DNA of 54,847 nucleotides from Escherichia coli. Its GTDB lineage: Bacteria > Pseudomonadota > Gammaproteobacteria > Enterobacterales > Enterobacteriaceae. Of the stretch, positions 24,886 through 38,097 are shown piece after piece. The DNA lies in assembly GCF_003334385.1 (NCBI RefSeq), contig NZ_QOWN01000031.1; one strand, given 5' to 3'. Each line of letters starts with the position of its first letter. The first letter of the stretch is position 1. The notes under the pieces are model-generated. The model had not been told where the DNA came from. It was given only the letters and a program-made list of their open reading frames with translations, and did no database searches. The position numbers and the translations under genes were made by a program.

Positions 24886-25953
24886 TTAACCGAACTTACT
24901 CTGCGCCCAAATCACGCCGCTGGCATATTCCGGCGGCAGCAGCGGGATTAAGGCTTCCAGCGTCGCAGTCAGACGCGATGTGTCGCTGTCGGTCAAATTC
25001 AGATGCCCCACTTTACGCCCCGGACGGACTTCTTTGTCGTACCAGTGCAGATGCACCAGCGGCAATTTCAGCCAGTCATAATTCACATCGCTACCAATCA
25101 GATTGATCATCACCGACGGATTATTCACTACTGGTTGCGGTAACGGCAGATCGGTAATCGCCCGCAGATGCAGCTCAAACTGGCTGATGCTGGCACCGTT
25201 TTGCGTCCAGTGACCACTGTTATGCACACGCGGAGCCAGTTCGTTGATCAGCAGACCTTGCGGGGTGACAAAACACTCCATCGCCATCACGCCCACATAG
25301 CCCAGCTCCTGCATAATCGCCGACAGCATCTCTTCGGCTTGCGCCTGCTGCTGTGCGTTGGCCTGCGGAAAAGCGACGCTGGTGCGCAAAATACCGTCCT
25401 GATGCAGGTTATGCGTCAGCGGATAAAACACGGTGCTGCCATCAAAGCCGCGCGCGCCAACCAGCGACACTTCACCAGAGAAGTTTATGCCCTGCTCGAC
25501 AATACATTCGCCGTAGCATTCAGCCGGTAACTGTTCGGTTTCATCGGCGCGTAAACGCCATTGACCGCGTCCGTCATAGCCACCAGTGCGACGCTTAACA
25601 ATCGCCAGTTCACCTAAACGATCAAACACCGCAGGCCACTCGCTGCGATCGGCAAGTAACTGCCACGGCGCGGTCGGCAGGTGGAGCTTATCGAAAAGCT
25701 GCTTCTGAGTCAGACGGTCGGCAATAATCGGGAACACATCGCGGTTCACAAAGGCCGGATGGCGTGCCAGCTCGCGGGTTAATGCGGTTTCCGGCCAACG
25801 TTCGATCTCAGCGGTAATCACGCTTTGTTGAAAAGGCACCGCCGCCGGTTCAGCGTCCAGCCCGACCGGCCAGACAGCAATGCCTAACGGTTCGCCTGCC
25901 TGACGCAGCATACGGCCTAACTGCCCGTTACCGAGGACGCAAACCTGTTTCAT
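24886..25953 (-). CDS. purK: N5-carboxyaminoimidazole ribonucleotide synthase
   Basis: 355-aa ATP-grasp ORF beginning [16 protein letters not shown]; overlaps the purE stop. Confidence 0.9.
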   Translation of the reverse strand: MKQVCVLGNGQLGRMLRQAGEPLGIAVWPVGLDAEPAAVPFQQSVITAEIERWPETALTRELARHPAFVNRDVFPIIADRLTQKQLFDKLHLPTAPWQLLADRSEWPAVFDRLGELAIVKRRTGGYDGRGQWRLRADETEQLPAECYGECIVEQGINFSGEVSLVGARGFDGSTVFYPLTHNLHQDGILRTSVAFPQANAQQQAQAEEMLSAIMQELGYVGVMAMECFVTPQGLLINELAPRVHNSGHWTQNGASISQFELHLRAITDLPLPQPVVNNPSVMINLIGSDVNYDWLKLPLVHLHWYDKEVRPGRKVGHLNLTDSDTSRLTATLEALIPLLPPEYASGVIWAQSKFG

Positions 25954-26459
25954 GCCGCACCTCGCGGGTCCGGGTTTTCCAGCACTTCATCAGTTTGTGC
26001 TTTGCGCCAGTCATTCAGACGTTGGTGCAGTTCTTTATCATGAGTCGCAAGAATTTGTGCTGCCAGTAATGCCGCGTTTGCCGCGCCAGCTTTACCAATC
26101 GCCAGCGTACCCACCGGAATGCCGCGCGGCATTTGTACGATTGAGTAGAGGCTATCGACACCGCTCAGTGCGGCGCTCTGTACTGGTACGCCCAGCACCG
26201 GCACCAGCGTTTTGGCGGCAATCATGCCTGGCAGGTGCGCTGCGCCGCCTGCGCCCGCAATAATCACCTGATAACCGTTCTCTTCGGCGCTTTCGGCGAA
26301 GCTGAACAGTTTATCGGGGGTGCGGTGAGCAGAAACCACTTCAACGTGGTGCGGGACATTCAGGATTTCGAAGATTTCGGCGGCGAACTGCATGGTAGCC
26401 CAGTCGCTTTTGGACCCCATCACGATGGCGACACGCGCCGGATTATTGCGGGAAGACAT
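25950..26459 (-). CDS. purE: N5-carboxyaminoimidazole ribonucleotide mutase
   Basis: Start taken at [20 protein letters not shown] (169 aa) within ORF 25950-26486. Confidence 0.9.
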   Translation of the reverse strand: MSSRNNPARVAIVMGSKSDWATMQFAAEIFEILNVPHHVEVVSAHRTPDKLFSFAESAEENGYQVIIAGAGGAAHLPGMIAAKTLVPVLGVPVQSAALSGVDSLYSIVQMPRGIPVGTLAIGKAGAANAALLAAQILATHDKELHQRLNDWRKAQTDEVLENPDPRGAA

Positions 26460-26576
26460 GCGTCTTAAAACTCCTGTGGTGCACAACTCTCGGCTTTAGA
26501 GGGCACAGAGAATAGCACGGAAAGAGAGTAAGGAAAACGGTTGCGTGGCTGTGAAATCAGCAAAGTTGCGGGTTTT

Positions 26577-27299
26577 TTAAAACGGAAAATGAATCAGCTC
26601 AACGTCATCCGCCGTGACTTTCACCATCGAACCTTCCGTATGCCAGGCACCCAGTACCACGCGAAAAGCAGGTTGCTGGTTGGCGATAAGTTCATGTACC
26701 GCCGGGCGATGGGTATGCCCGTGAATCAGCCATTGCACCTGATGTTTTTCCATCGCACTGACCACCGCGTTTTGGTTAACGTCCATGATCGCCAGCGATT
26801 TACTGCTGTTGGCTTCTTTGCTGTTCGCGCGCATTCGCGCGGCAATGCGTTTGCGCACAAACAATGGCAGAGCGAGGAATAGCGTCTGCAGCCAGGGTTT
26901 GTGGACTTTGGCGCGAAAAGCCTGATAACCCGCGTCATCGGTGCACAGCGTGTCGCCATGCATAATCAACACCCGACGACCATAAAGTTCGAGCACCTTT
27001 TCTTCCGGCAATAACGTCATGCCGCTTTCACGGGCAAAGCGTTTGCCGAGCAGAAAATCACGGTTGCCATGAATGAAATAACAGGGAACGCCGGAATCGG
27101 ACACCGCTTTGATCGCTGCCGCCATCTGGCGATGGAGTGGGTTGGGATCGTCGTCGCCAATCCACGCTTCAAACAGATCGCCAAGAATATACAGCGCGTC
27201 GGCCTTGCGAGCTTCCCCCGCTAAAAAACGCAGAAAACCGGCGGTGATCGCCGGTTCTTCCACGCAGAGATGAAGATCTGCAATAAAGAGTGTCGCCAC
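26577..27299 (-). CDS. lpxH: UDP-2,3-diacylglucosamine pyrophosphatase
   Basis: 240-aa calcineurin-like phosphoesterase ([11 protein letters not shown]...GNRD). Confidence 0.9.
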   Translation of the reverse strand: MATLFIADLHLCVEEPAITAGFLRFLAGEARKADALYILGDLFEAWIGDDDPNPLHRQMAAAIKAVSDSGVPCYFIHGNRDFLLGKRFARESGMTLLPEEKVLELYGRRVLIMHGDTLCTDDAGYQAFRAKVHKPWLQTLFLALPLFVRKRIAARMRANSKEANSSKSLAIMDVNQNAVVSAMEKHQVQWLIHGHTHRPAVHELIANQQPAFRVVLGAWHTEGSMVKVTADDVELIHFPF

Positions 27300-27301
27300 G
27301 A

Positions 27302-27796
27302 TTACTCGCTAACGGTCACGCTTTCAATGATAACGTCTTCTTTTGGCACGTCCTGGTGCATACCGCTACGACCGGTTGCAACACCTTTGATTTTGTCTAC
27401 CACGTCCATGCCTTCAACCACTTCAGCAAACACGCAGTAGCCCCAACCTTGCAGGCTTTCGCCAGAGAAGTTCAGGAAGTCGTTATCAACCACGTTGATG
27501 AAGAACTGTGCAGTTGCAGAGTGCGGAGCCTGAGTACGGGCCATTGCCAGCGTACCACGGGTATTTTTCAGACCGTTGTTGGCTTCGTTTTTGATCGGTT
27601 CTTTGGTGGCTTTTTGTTTCATGCCCGGTTCAAAACCGCCGCCCTGAATCATAAAGCCGTTGATAACACGGTGGAAAATGGTGTTGTTGTAAAAACCTTC
27701 GCGGCAGTAGTCCAGGAAGTTTTTAACTGTTTCAGGTGCTTTATCGTCAAAAGTTTTGATGACAATATCGCCGTGATTGGTGTGGAAAGTAACCAT
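27302..27796 (-). CDS. ppiB: Peptidyl-prolyl cis-trans isomerase B (cyclophilin)
   Basis: 164-aa [30 protein letters not shown]. Confidence 0.9.
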   Translation of the reverse strand: MVTFHTNHGDIVIKTFDDKAPETVKNFLDYCREGFYNNTIFHRVINGFMIQGGGFEPGMKQKATKEPIKNEANNGLKNTRGTLAMARTQAPHSATAQFFINVVDNDFLNFSGESLQGWGYCVFAEVVEGMDVVDKIKGVATGRSGMHQDVPKEDVIIESVTVSE

Positions 27797-27969
27797 TTTT
27801 GCATCCTGTTCCGTTTGATTGGTGCTTCAACCCGGTTCGGGTCATATATAGGGTGGTGTTATAGCATAACCGCACGATCGGATCATCACGCAATGTATGC
27901 TGATTCGCGCGGGAAATATGGGTATTATACGCAACTCAATTACCCACACATGTCTAAACGGAATCTTCG

Positions 27970-29355
27970 ATGCTAAAAATCTTCAATACTCTGACACGCC
28001 AAAAAGAGGAATTTAAGCCTATTCACGCCGGGGAAGTCGGCATGTACGTGTGTGGAATCACCGTTTACGATCTCTGTCATATCGGTCACGGGCGTACCTT
28101 TGTTGCTTTTGACGTGGTTGCGCGCTATCTGCGTTTCCTCGGCTATAAGCTGAAGTATGTGCGCAACATTACCGATATCGACGACAAAATCATCAAACGC
28201 GCCAATGAAAATGGCGAAAGCTTTGTAGCGCTGGTGGATCGCATGATCGCCGAAATGCACAAAGATTTTGATGCGTTGAACATTCTGCGCCCGGATATGG
28301 AGCCGCGCGCGACGCACCATATCGCAGAAATTATTGAACTCACTGAACAACTGATCGCCAAAGGTCACGCTTATGTGGCGGACAACGGCGACGTGATGTT
28401 CGACGTCCCGACCGATCCGACATATGGCGTGCTGTCGCGTCAGGATCTCGACCAGCTGCAGGCAGGCGCGCGCGTTGACGTGGTCGACGACAAACGCAAC
28501 CCGATGGACTTCGTTCTGTGGAAGATGTCGAAAGAGGGCGAACCGAGCTGGCCGTCTCCGTGGGGCGCGGGCCGTCCAGGCTGGCACATTGAATGTTCGG
28601 CAATGAACTGCAAGCAGCTGGGTAACCACTTTGATATCCACGGCGGCGGTTCAGACCTGATGTTCCCGCACCACGAGAACGAAATCGCGCAGTCCACCTG
28701 TGCCCATGATGGTCAGTATGTTAACTACTGGATGCACTCCGGAATGGTGATGGTTGACCGCGAGAAGATGTCCAAATCGCTGGGTAACTTCTTTACCGTG
28801 CGCGATGTGCTGAAATACTACGATGCTGAAACCGTGCGTTACTTCCTGATGTCGGGCCACTATCGCAGCCAGCTGAACTACAGCGAAGAGAACCTGAAGC
28901 AGGCGCGTGCGGCGCTGGAGCGTCTCTACACTGCGCTGCGCGGCACCGATAAAACCGTTGCGCCTGCCGGTGGCGAAGCGTTTGAAGCGCGCTTTATTGA
29001 AGCGATGGACGACGATTTCAACACCCCGGAAGCCTATTCCGTGCTGTTTGATATGGCGCGTGAAGTGAACCGTCTGAAAGCAGAAGATATGGCAGCGGCG
29101 AATGCAATGGCATCTCACCTGCGTAAACTTTCCGCTGTATTGGGCCTGCTGGAGCAAGAACCGGAAGCGTTCCTGCAAAGCGGCGCGCAGGCAGACGGCA
29201 GCGAAGTGGCTGAGATTGAAGCGTTAATTCAACAGCGTCTGGATGCCCGTAAAGCGAAAGACTGGGCGGCGGCAGATGCGGCGCGTGACCGTCTTAACGA
29301 GATGGGGATCGTGCTGGAAGATGGCCCGCAAGGGACCACCTGGCGTCGTAAGTAA
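27970..29355 (+). CDS. cysS: Cysteinyl-tRNA synthetase
   Basis: 461-aa class I aaRS with HIGH (CHIGHGRT) and KMSKS motifs. Confidence 0.95.
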   Translation: MLKIFNTLTRQKEEFKPIHAGEVGMYVCGITVYDLCHIGHGRTFVAFDVVARYLRFLGYKLKYVRNITDIDDKIIKRANENGESFVALVDRMIAEMHKDFDALNILRPDMEPRATHHIAEIIELTEQLIAKGHAYVADNGDVMFDVPTDPTYGVLSRQDLDQLQAGARVDVVDDKRNPMDFVLWKMSKEGEPSWPSPWGAGRPGWHIECSAMNCKQLGNHFDIHGGGSDLMFPHHENEIAQSTCAHDGQYVNYWMHSGMVMVDREKMSKSLGNFFTVRDVLKYYDAETVRYFLMSGHYRSQLNYSEENLKQARAALERLYTALRGTDKTVAPAGGEAFEARFIEAMDDDFNTPEAYSVLFDMAREVNRLKAEDMAAANAMASHLRKLSAVLGLLEQEPEAFLQSGAQADGSEVAEIEALIQQRLDARKAKDWAAADAARDRLNEMGIVLEDGPQGTTWRRK

Positions 29356-29365
29356 TTGCGCTATT

Positions 29366-29389
29366 GCCGGATGCGAGTTTTCGCATCCG
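29366..29389. terminator. Hairpin between convergent cysS and ybcI (likely bidirectional terminator/REP-like)
   Basis: ccggatgcgagttttcgcatccgg palindrome directly after the cysS stop. Confidence 0.5.
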
Positions 29390-29390
29390 G

Positions 29391-29912
29391 TTATCGTCTG
29401 TGCCACCACAACATTCCCATCAGTAGAATCCCCGGCAACCACACCCACATCAATTCAGAAATAATCACCTGATGCCCGTACGGCGTGGTGTAACGAGACA
29501 ATGCAAACGGCGCGACTTTAATCACCTGCCAGGGAGCGAAAAAGCGTTCATCTGACCACGGCCACAGCCAGCCAACCCCTTTACCGCCAGTGGTTACCGA
29601 ATCCAGCAAGCTGTGCGATAGCAACGAGACGGTTAAAAACAGCCAGCAGCGAATCAGCCCAGCCCTGAACCATCGGCGTCCAATCAGCACACATAACAGC
29701 GGGACAACAAACGCAAACACCAGCGAATGGGTAAACCCGCGATGACCAAAAACATTGCCGTAAGCAATGCCAAATTTAAACGACAATACGTCGGCGTCGG
29801 GCAGCATCGCCAGGATGATTCCGGCAAATAACAGACGCGGAGGGATGACTTTCGAACCCAACCCTAAACCAATGCATAGGGGAACGGCGGCGTGCGTAAT
29901 AACGGTTGGCAT
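29391..29912 (-). CDS. ybcI: Inner membrane protein (DUF457-like)
   Basis: 173-aa hydrophobic ORF; synteny. Confidence 0.75.
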   Translation of the reverse strand: MPTVITHAAVPLCIGLGLGSKVIPPRLLFAGIILAMLPDADVLSFKFGIAYGNVFGHRGFTHSLVFAFVVPLLCVLIGRRWFRAGLIRCWLFLTVSLLSHSLLDSVTTGGKGVGWLWPWSDERFFAPWQVIKVAPFALSRYTTPYGHQVIISELMWVWLPGILLMGMLWWHRR

Positions 29913-30019
29913 GATGGTCGCTTCGGCAAAATGTCGATGCTATCAGCATGGATGAACGGGGCGTAGAGGGCAAAAGTCTGAAAAGAGAACCGGCCTGTTG
30001 ATACAGGCCGGGAAAGGGA

Positions 30020-30232
30020 TCAGGCAACAACCTGTACGCTGTGACCTGCAAAACTCACTGTCTGACCGGCGACGATTTTGCAGCGTTTGCGCGTTTCAAC
30101 CGCGCCATCGACTTTCACCTGGCCTTCGGCAATCGCGATTTTCGCCTGCGCGCCGCTTTCGCTCCAGCCTTCCAGTTTCAGCAAGTCGCACAGCTCAACG
30201 TGCGGATGTTTACCTAAAGAAAATGTCGCCAT
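30020..30232 (-). CDS. ybcJ: S4-domain RNA-binding protein
   Basis: Start taken at MATFSLGKHPHVELCDLLK (70 aa) within ORF 30020-30286; located just downstream of folD. Confidence 0.75.
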   Translation of the reverse strand: MATFSLGKHPHVELCDLLKLEGWSESGAQAKIAIAEGQVKVDGAVETRKRCKIVAGQTVSFAGHSVQVVA

Positions 30233-30233
30233 G

Positions 30234-31100
30234 TTACTCACCCTGTGGATCATGATATTCAACGCACGCCTGTAGCGTGTTTTCAATCAGCGTGGCAACC
30301 GTCATCGGGCCAACGCCGCCGGGAACAGGCGTAATGTATGAGGCGCGTTTAGCCGCGTCTTCAAACACCACGTCGCCCACAACTTTGCCATTTTCCAGAC
30401 GGTTGATGCCGACATCAATCACAATTGCGCCTTCTTTGATCCAGTCACCAGGAATAAAGCCCGGCTTGCCGACGGCAACGATCAACAGATCGGCATTTTC
30501 TACGTGATGACGCAGATTTTTAGTGAAGCGGTGAGTCACGGTAGTGGTGCAACCTGCTAGCAGCAGTTCCATGCTCATCGGGCGGCCAACGATATTCGAT
30601 GCGCCAATCACCACGGCGTTGAGGCCGAAGGTATCAATGTTGTAACGCTCAAGCAGCGTGACGATGCCGCGCGGGGTGCAGGGACGCAGACGCGGCGCGC
30701 GCTGGCACAGGCGACCGACGTTATAAGGATGGAAACCGTCTACGTCTTTGTCCGGGTGAATACGTTCCAGTACTTTGACGTTATCAATACCCGCCGGTAA
30801 CGGCAGTTGAACCAGAATGCCATCAATGGTGTTGTCGGCATTCAGCGCATCGATAAGCTCCAGCAGCTCCGCTTCGCTGGTGGTTTCCGGGAGGTCATAA
30901 GAGCGGGAGACGAACCCGACTTCTTCACAAGCCTTGCGTTTGCTTGCGACATAAATTTGCGATGCAGGGTTACTACCCACCAGCACAACGGCCAGTCCTG
31001 GTGCCCGCAGTCCGGCTGCAATACGCGCCTGAACTTTTTGAGCAACTTCAGAGCGCACCTGCTGCGCAATCGTTTTACCGTCAATAATCTTTGCTGCCAT
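30234..31100 (-). CDS. folD: Bifunctional methylenetetrahydrofolate dehydrogenase/cyclohydrolase
   Basis: Start taken at [19 protein letters not shown] (288 aa); the ORF track extends to 31196. Confidence 0.9.
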
Positions 31101-31579
31101 CAGAGAGAGGATTCCATCTGTTACGTAGGTCGAAGGGGATGCGCCTATTTTGTCAGAAGCGGGGCGCGCTGTCAGGTTTCGTTTCAGATTTATCACGTGA
31201 AGCGACCTCTTGCGAAGGTTAGGCGCACCGTCGCTGAGGTCGCTGAGATTGAAAGCTTCATTTTTCGTCCATGATGGCGTTGTAAATCTGGAACTGACTT
31301 ATTTCCTTGTCTAAGGATTAAGATAATTTAAGAAATACCTGACAATATAAAAAGAATTTTCAGCCTGGTAATTTACCGCTTCAGGTCTATATTTGTGTTG
31401 AATATATTTTGCGCGGAAGTATTCATCTAACGGGGCTCTCTATTTTTTAGAATAGAGTGCATATTTTCAATTAAGACATTCTTAGAGGATAAAAAGGAAT
31501 TTACTACTATCAGTGTCTTAAATAAAGTAATCGGTTATATACGGATGTGGAGTCGATAAATGAGATTGAAGGAATATAT

Positions 31580-32122
31580 ATGAAATTAAGATTTATTTCG
31601 TCTGCGCTGGCTGCCGCACTATTCGCCGCTACGGGTAGTTATGCTGCCGTTGTAGATGGCGGTACAATTCACTTTGAAGGCGAACTGGTGAATGCTGCCT
31701 GTTCAGTGAATACTGACTCGGCAGACCAAGTTGTCACACTCGGTCAATATCGTACCGATATTTTCAATGCTGTTGGTAATACCTCTGCATTAATTCCATT
31801 CACCATTCAGTTGAACGACTGCGATCCTGTTGTTGCCGCTAATGCTGCCGTTGCATTTTCTGGTCAGGCTGATGCAATCAATGATAATTTATTGGCCATT
31901 GCATCCAGTACCAATACAACAACAGCAACGGGTGTCGGTATTGAAATACTTGATAATACATCCGCAATTCTCAAACCTGATGGGAATAGCTTCTCAACCA
32001 ACCAGAACTTGATCCCCGGGACCAACGTTCTTCATTTTTCTGCACGTTATAAAGGCACCGGTACAAGTGCATCAGCAGGGCAAGCAAATGCTGACGCGAC
32101 TTTTATTATGAGATACGAATAA
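31580..32122 (+). CDS. sfmA: Type 1-like fimbrial major subunit
   Basis: Start at [22 protein letters not shown] (signal peptide); fimbrial subunit fold; operon order A-C-D-H-F. Confidence 0.85.
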   Translation: MKLRFISSALAAALFAATGSYAAVVDGGTIHFEGELVNAACSVNTDSADQVVTLGQYRTDIFNAVGNTSALIPFTIQLNDCDPVVAANAAVAFSGQADAINDNLLAIASSTNTTTATGVGIEILDNTSAILKPDGNSFSTNQNLIPGTNVLHFSARYKGTGTSASAGQANADATFIMRYE

Positions 32123-32341
32123 TCAAAACCACGTTGTTTTGAATTATATATCACGTCTTATAACAAAGTAATGTACCGGTTGTCTGAAGCGGTATGGTGG
32201 CAATGTAAATCGAAATCATGCTCACTTTGTATCATGCCGCTTTATTAAATGAAAAGGGAATGATGTGTTGTAAGAAACCAAAGCAATCATTTCTTTATAT
32301 TTCTTATTTTTGCCGTCAGGAATACACAAGGCGTATTAACT

Positions 32342-33034
32342 ATGATGACTAAAATAAAGTTATTGATGCTCATTATATTTTATTTAATCATTTCGGCCAG
32401 CGCCCATGCTGCCGGAGGGATCGCATTAGGTGCCACGCGTATTATTTATCCCGCTGATGCTAAACAGACTGCGGTATGGATTAGAAATAGCCATACCAAT
32501 GAGCGTTTTCTGGTCAATTCGTGGATTGAAAACAGCAGCGGTGTAAAAGAAAAGTCATTCATCATTACACCGCCACTATTTGTTAGTGAACCCAAAAGCG
32601 AAAATACTTTGCGTATTATTTACACCGGTCCACCGCTGGCGGCAGATCGTGAGTCTCTGTTCTGGATGAATGTTAAGACGATCCCTTCGGTAGATAAAAA
32701 TGCATTGAACGGCAGGAATGTTTTGCAACTGGCGATTTTATCGCGCATGAAGTTATTTCTCCGTCCAATTCAATTACAAGAATTACCCGCAGAAGCGCCG
32801 GACACACTCAAGTTTTCGCGATCCGGTAACTATATCAATGTTCATAATCCATCACCTTTTTATGTCACCCTGGTTAACTTACAAGTGGGCAGCCAAAAGT
32901 TGGGGAATGCTATGGCTGCACCCAGAGTTAATTCACAAATTCCCTTACCCTCAGGAGTGCAGGGAAAGCTGAAATTTCAGACCGTTAATGATTATGGTTC
33001 AGTAACCCCGGTCAGAGAAGTGAACTTAAACTAA
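32342..33034 (+). CDS. sfmC: Periplasmic fimbrial chaperone
   Basis: 230-aa PapD-like chaperone with signal peptide. Confidence 0.85.
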   Translation: MMTKIKLLMLIIFYLIISASAHAAGGIALGATRIIYPADAKQTAVWIRNSHTNERFLVNSWIENSSGVKEKSFIITPPLFVSEPKSENTLRIIYTGPPLAADRESLFWMNVKTIPSVDKNALNGRNVLQLAILSRMKLFLRPIQLQELPAEAPDTLKFSRSGNYINVHNPSPFYVTLVNLQVGSQKLGNAMAAPRVNSQIPLPSGVQGKLKFQTVNDYGSVTPVREVNLN

Positions 33035-33064
33035 CCGAATCATCTGACAATATCAGAGCTAATT

Positions 33065-35674
33065 ATGAAAATACCCACTACTACGGATATTCCGCAGAGG
33101 TATACCTGGTGTCTGGCCGGAATTTGTTATTCATCTCTTGCCATTTTACCCTCCTTTTTAAGCTATGCGGAAAGTTATTTCAACCCGGCATTTTTATTAG
33201 AGAATGGCACATCCGTTGCTGATTTATCGCGCTTTGAGAGAGGTAATCATCAACCTGCGGGCGTGTATCGGGTGGATCTCTGGCGTAATGATGAGTTCAT
33301 TGGTTCACAGGATATCGTATTTGAATCGACAACAGAAAATACAGGTGATAAATCAGGTGGGTTAATGCCCTGTTTTAACCAGGTACTCCTTGAACGAATT
33401 GGCCTTAATAGCAGTGCATTTCCCGAGTTAGCCCAGCAGCAAAATAATAAATGCATCAATTTACTGAAAGCTGTACCTGATGCCACAATTAACTTTGATT
33501 TTGCAGCGATGCGCCTGAACATCACTATTCCTCAGATAGCGTTGTTGAGTAGCGCTCACGGTTACATTCCGCCTGAAGAGTGGGATGAAGGTATTCCTGC
33601 TTTACTCCTGAATTATAATTTCACTGGTAACAGAGGTAATGGTGACGATAGCTATTTTTTTAGTGAGCTCAGCGGGATTAATATTGGCCCGTGGCGTTTA
33701 CGCAACAATGGTTCCTGGAGCTATTTTCGCGGAAATGGGTATCATTCAGAACAGTGGAATAATATTGGCACCTGGGTACAGCGCGCCATTATTCCGCTGA
33801 AAAGTGAACTGGTAATGGGAGACGGCAATACAGGAAGTGATATTTTCGATGGTGTTGGATTTCGTGGTGTACGGCTTTACTCTTCCGATAATATGTATCC
33901 TGATAGCCAGCAAGGGTTTGCCCCAACAGTACGTGGGATTGCCCGTACGGCGGCCCAGCTAACGATTCGGCAAAATGGTTTTATTATCTATCAAAGCTAT
34001 GTTTCCCCCGGCGCTTTTGAAATTACAGATTTGCACCCGACATCTTCAAATGGCGATCTGGACGTCACCATCGACGAGCGCGATGGCAATCAGCAGAATT
34101 ACACTATTCCGTATTCAACAGTGCCAATTTTACAACGCGAAGGGCGTTTCAAATTTGACCTGACGGCGGGCGATTTTCGTAGCGGTAATAGTCAGCAATC
34201 ATCGCCTTTCTTTTTTCAGGGCACGGTACTCGGCGGTTTACCACAGGAATTTACTGCCTACGGCGGGACGCAATTATCTGCCAATTACACCGCCTTTTTA
34301 TTAGGGCTGGGGCGCAACCTCGGGAACTGGGGCGCAGTGTCGCTGGATGTGACCCATGCGCGCAGTCAGTTAGCCGACGATAGTCGTCATGAGGGGGATT
34401 CTATTCGCTTCCTCTATGCGAAATCGATGAACACCTTCGGCACCAATTTTCAGTTAATGGGTTACCGCTATTCGACACAAGGTTTTTATACCCTTGATGA
34501 TGTTGCGTATCGTCGAATGGAGGGGTACGAATATGATTACGATTACGACGGTGAGCATCGCGATGAACCGATAATCGTGAATTACCACAATTTACGCTTT
34601 AGCCGTAAAGACCGTTTGCAGTTAAATATTTCACAATCACTTAATGACTTTGGCTCGCTTTATATCTCTGGTACCCATCAAAAATACTGGAATACATCGG
34701 ATTCAGATACGTGGTATCAGGTGGGGTATACCAGCAGCTGGGTTGGCATCAGTTATTCGCTCTCATTTTCGTGGAATGAATCTGTAGGGATCCCCGATAA
34801 CGAACGTATTGTCGGACTTAATGTTTCAGTGCCTTTCAATGTTCTGACCAAACGTCGCTACACCCGGGAAAATGCGCTCGACCGCGCTTATGCCTCCTTT
34901 AACGCCAACCGTAACAGCAACGGGCAAAATAGCTGGCTGGCAGGTGTAGGTGGGACCTTACTGGAAGGCCACAACCTGAGTTATCACGTAAGCCAGGGTG
35001 ATACCTCGAATAATGGGTATACGGGCAGCGCCACGGCAAACTGGCAGGCCGCTTACGGTACGCTGGGGGTCGGGTATAACTACGACCGCGATCAACATGA
35101 CGTTAACTGGCAGCTGTCTGGCGGTGTGGTCGGGCATGAAAATGGCATAACGCTGAGCCAGCCTTTAGGGGATACCAATGTTTTGATTAAAGCGCCTGGC
35201 GCAGGCGGTGTACGCATTGAAAATCAAACTGGCATTTTAACCGACTGGCGCGGCTATGCGGTGATGCCGTATGCCACGGTTTATCGGTATAACCGTATCG
35301 CGCTTGATACCAATACGATGGGGAATTCCATCGATGTTGAAAAAAATATTAGCAGCGTTGTGCCGACGCAAGGCGCGTTGGTTCGTGCCAATTTTGATAC
35401 CCGCATAGGCGTGCGGGCGCTCATTACCGTTACCCAGGGCGGAAAACCGGTGCCGTTTGGATCACTGGTACGGGAAAACAGTACCGGAATAACCAGTATG
35501 GTGGGTGATGACGGGCAAGTTTATTTAAGTGGTGCGCCATTGTCTGGTGAATTACTGGTTCAGTGGGGAGACGGCGCGAACTCACGCTGCATTGCGCACT
35601 ATGTATTGCCGAAGCAAAGCTTACAGCAAGCCGTCACTGTTATTTCGGCAGTTTGCACACATCCTGGCTCATAA
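33065..35674 (+). CDS. sfmD: Fimbrial outer-membrane usher
   Basis: 869-aa usher-family ORF. Confidence 0.85.
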   Translation: MKIPTTTDIPQRYTWCLAGICYSSLAILPSFLSYAESYFNPAFLLENGTSVADLSRFERGNHQPAGVYRVDLWRNDEFIGSQDIVFESTTENTGDKSGGLMPCFNQVLLERIGLNSSAFPELAQQQNNKCINLLKAVPDATINFDFAAMRLNITIPQIALLSSAHGYIPPEEWDEGIPALLLNYNFTGNRGNGDDSYFFSELSGINIGPWRLRNNGSWSYFRGNGYHSEQWNNIGTWVQRAIIPLKSELVMGDGNTGSDIFDGVGFRGVRLYSSDNMYPDSQQGFAPTVRGIARTAAQLTIRQNGFIIYQSYVSPGAFEITDLHPTSSNGDLDVTIDERDGNQQNYTIPYSTVPILQREGRFKFDLTAGDFRSGNSQQSSPFFFQGTVLGGLPQEFTAYGGTQLSANYTAFLLGLGRNLGNWGAVSLDVTHARSQLADDSRHEGDSIRFLYAKSMNTFGTNFQLMGYRYSTQGFYTLDDVAYRRMEGYEYDYDYDGEHRDEPIIVNYHNLRFSRKDRLQLNISQSLNDFGSLYISGTHQKYWNTSDSDTWYQVGYTSSWVGISYSLSFSWNESVGIPDNERIVGLNVSVPFNVLTKRRYTRENALDRAYASFNANRNSNGQNSWLAGVGGTLLEGHNLSYHVSQGDTSNNGYTGSATANWQAAYGTLGVGYNYDRDQHDVNWQLSGGVVGHENGITLSQPLGDTNVLIKAPGAGGVRIENQTGILTDWRGYAVMPYATVYRYNRIALDTNTMGNSIDVEKNISSVVPTQGALVRANFDTRIGVRALITVTQGGKPVPFGSLVRENSTGITSMVGDDGQVYLSGAPLSGELLVQWGDGANSRCIAHYVLPKQSLQQAVTVISAVCTHPGS

Positions 35675-35686
35675 AGGAAATTATCA

Positions 35687-36694
35687 ATGAAGATAATCTG
35701 CAGATTATTATTGGCGATGGCATGTTTGTGTCTGGCAAACATATCCTGGGCTACTGTTTGTGCAAATAGTACTGGCGTAGCAGAAGATGAACACTATGAT
35801 CTCTCAAATATCTTTAATAGCACCAATAACCAGCCAGGGCAGATTGTTGTTTTACCGGAAAAATCCGGCTGGGTAGGTGTCTCAGCAATTTGTCCACCCG
35901 GCACGCTGGTGAATTATACATACCGTAGTTATGTCACCAACTTTATTGTTCAGGAAACTATCGATAATTATAAATATATGCAATTAAATGATTATCTATT
36001 AGGTGCGATGAGTCTGGTTGATAGTGTTATGGATATTCAGTTCCCCCCGCAAAATTATATTCGGATGGGAACAGATCCTAACGTTTCGCAAAACCTTCCA
36101 TTCGGGGTGATGGATTCTCGTTTAATATTTCGTTTAAAGGTTATTCGTCCCTTTATTAACATGGTGGAGATCCCCAGACAGGTGATGTTTACCGTGTATG
36201 TGACATCAACGCCTTACGATCCGTTGGTTACACCTGTTTATACCATTAGTTTTGGTGGCCGGGTTGAAGTACCGCAAAACTGCGAATTAAATGCCGGGCA
36301 GATTGTTGAATTTGATTTTGGTGATATCGGCGCATCGTTATTTAGTGCGGCAGGGCCGGGTAATCGACCTGCTGGTGTCATGCCGCAAACCAAGAGCATT
36401 GCGGTCAAATGTACGAATGTTGCTGCGCAGGCTTATTTAACAATGCGTCTGGAAGCCAGTGCCGTTTCTGGTCAGGCGATGGTGTCGGACAATCAGGATT
36501 TAGGTTTTATTGTCGCCGATCAGAACGATACGCCGATCACGCCTAACGATCTCAATAGCGTTATTCCTTTCCGTCTGGATGCAGCTGCGGCAGCCAATGT
36601 CACACTTCGCGCCTGGCCTATCAGTATTACCGGTCAAAAACCGACCGAAGGGCCGTTTAGCGCGCTGGGGTATTTACGCGTCGATTATCAATGA
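35687..36694 (+). CDS. sfmH: Fimbrial adhesin-like subunit
   Basis: 335-aa ORF with signal peptide, FimH-like position after the usher. Confidence 0.8.
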   Translation: MKIICRLLLAMACLCLANISWATVCANSTGVAEDEHYDLSNIFNSTNNQPGQIVVLPEKSGWVGVSAICPPGTLVNYTYRSYVTNFIVQETIDNYKYMQLNDYLLGAMSLVDSVMDIQFPPQNYIRMGTDPNVSQNLPFGVMDSRLIFRLKVIRPFINMVEIPRQVMFTVYVTSTPYDPLVTPVYTISFGGRVEVPQNCELNAGQIVEFDFGDIGASLFSAAGPGNRPAGVMPQTKSIAVKCTNVAAQAYLTMRLEASAVSGQAMVSDNQDLGFIVADQNDTPITPNDLNSVIPFRLDAAAAANVTLRAWPISITGQKPTEGPFSALGYLRVDYQ

Positions 36695-36704
36695 GGTACG
36701 GAGA

Positions 36705-37220
36705 ATGAGAAGAGTACTCTTTAGCTGTTTCTGCGGGCTACTGTGGAGTTCCAGTGGATGGGCAGTTGACCCTTTAGGAACGATTAATATCAATTTGCAC
36801 GGTAACGTTGTTGATTTCTCCTGTACCGTAAACACAGCGGATATTGATAAGACGGTAGATTTAGGCAGATGGCCTACGACACAACTACTGAACGCTGGCG
36901 ATACCACGGCACTCGTCCCTTTTAGCCTGCGGCTGGAGGGATGTCCTCCGGGTTCAGTTGCGATTTTATTTACGGGAACGCCGGCATCCGATACCAACCT
37001 GCTGGCTCTGGATGATCCCGCAATGGCACAAACCGTCGCCATCGAATTACGTAATAGCGATCGCTCCCGGCTCGCACTGGGGGAGGCGAGCCCGACTGAG
37101 GAAGTAGATGCAAATGGCAATGTCACACTAAACTTTTTTGCCAATTATCGAGCGTTAGCCAGCGGTGTTCGGCCAGGTGTGGCGAAAGCGGATGCGATAT
37201 TTATGATCAATTATAATTAA
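36705..37220 (+). CDS. sfmF: Minor fimbrial subunit
   Basis: Start at MRRVLFSCFCGLLWSSSGWA (171 aa) within ORF 36510-37220. Confidence 0.8.
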   Translation: MRRVLFSCFCGLLWSSSGWAVDPLGTININLHGNVVDFSCTVNTADIDKTVDLGRWPTTQLLNAGDTTALVPFSLRLEGCPPGSVAILFTGTPASDTNLLALDDPAMAQTVAIELRNSDRSRLALGEASPTEEVDANGNVTLNFFANYRALASGVRPGVAKADAIFMINYN

Positions 37221-37222
37221 TA

Positions 37223-37855
37223 TTATATTAATTCGTATAATTTGGCGTAGTCGATAAGCTCTACAATTGAATGCAAACCTAGCTTGCCATAAATATTAGA
37301 TTTATGCGCACTAACTGTTTTATTGCTAAGTAATAACTTATCGGCAATTTCTTTATTAGATAATCCGCTAACCAGATAACGTAATATGGTCACTTCACGA
37401 TTAGATAGCACAGTGACCGTTGAACTATTCGTACTACATTTATTGCTTTTTATATAGTTAAGCGTTTCGCTGGGAAAAAACGTGTATCCGGAGAGGATCA
37501 TCTGAACGGCATGAAAAATATCATTCTGATCATTGCATTTACTGACAAAACCGTTAGCACCAGCTTGTATCGCTCTGCCAGCATAAAAGCATTCTGATTT
37601 CGATGATAAAAATAACACTTTCACTGTGCTCTGGATTTGTTTGATCCTTTTCAGGAAGGTAAAACCGTCTGTTCCGGGCAAGTCTATATCCATAATGATT
37701 AAATCAACAGGACGGGTTCGGAGATAATCGATGGTTATGCGATAATCATCCGTTTTCAGGACAATCTGCAATTCACTGTTTTTTTGCAACAGAACTTCAA
37801 TAGACATTCTGATGATAGGATGAGTATCCATAATGATCACCGACGTTGGTTTCAT
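37223..37855 (-). CDS. fimZ: LuxR-family response regulator controlling fimbrial expression
   Basis: Start at MKPTSVIIMDTHPII (210 aa); receiver domain plus C-terminal LuxR HTH. Confidence 0.85.
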   Translation of the reverse strand: MKPTSVIIMDTHPIIRMSIEVLLQKNSELQIVLKTDDYRITIDYLRTRPVDLIIMDIDLPGTDGFTFLKRIKQIQSTVKVLFLSSKSECFYAGRAIQAGANGFVSKCNDQNDIFHAVQMILSGYTFFPSETLNYIKSNKCSTNSSTVTVLSNREVTILRYLVSGLSNKEIADKLLLSNKTVSAHKSNIYGKLGLHSIVELIDYAKLYELI

Positions 37856-38043
37856 AGTTACCAGTCTCATAGGAGCGGACAATTTTCCGTTAGGTCGGGA
37901 AATTGTACTTTGATACATGAAAATACGGGTTTTCTTGATTCAGACGCGCAGCGGTGTGCGTTTGTTTGCCGCTATAGCGAAATAAATCAGAAAATCAGAC
38001 GCGGTCGTTCACTTGTTCAGCAACCAGATCAAAAGCCATTGAC

Positions 38044-38070
38044 TCAGCAAGGGTTGACCGTATAATTCAC
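38044..38070 (+). promoter_or_regulatory. Putative argU promoter
   Basis: TTGACT (38044-38049), 15-nt spacer, TATAAT (38065-38070), about 28 nt upstream of the mature tRNA 5' end. Confidence 0.5.
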
Positions 38071-38097
38071 GCGATTACACCGCATTGCGGTATCAAC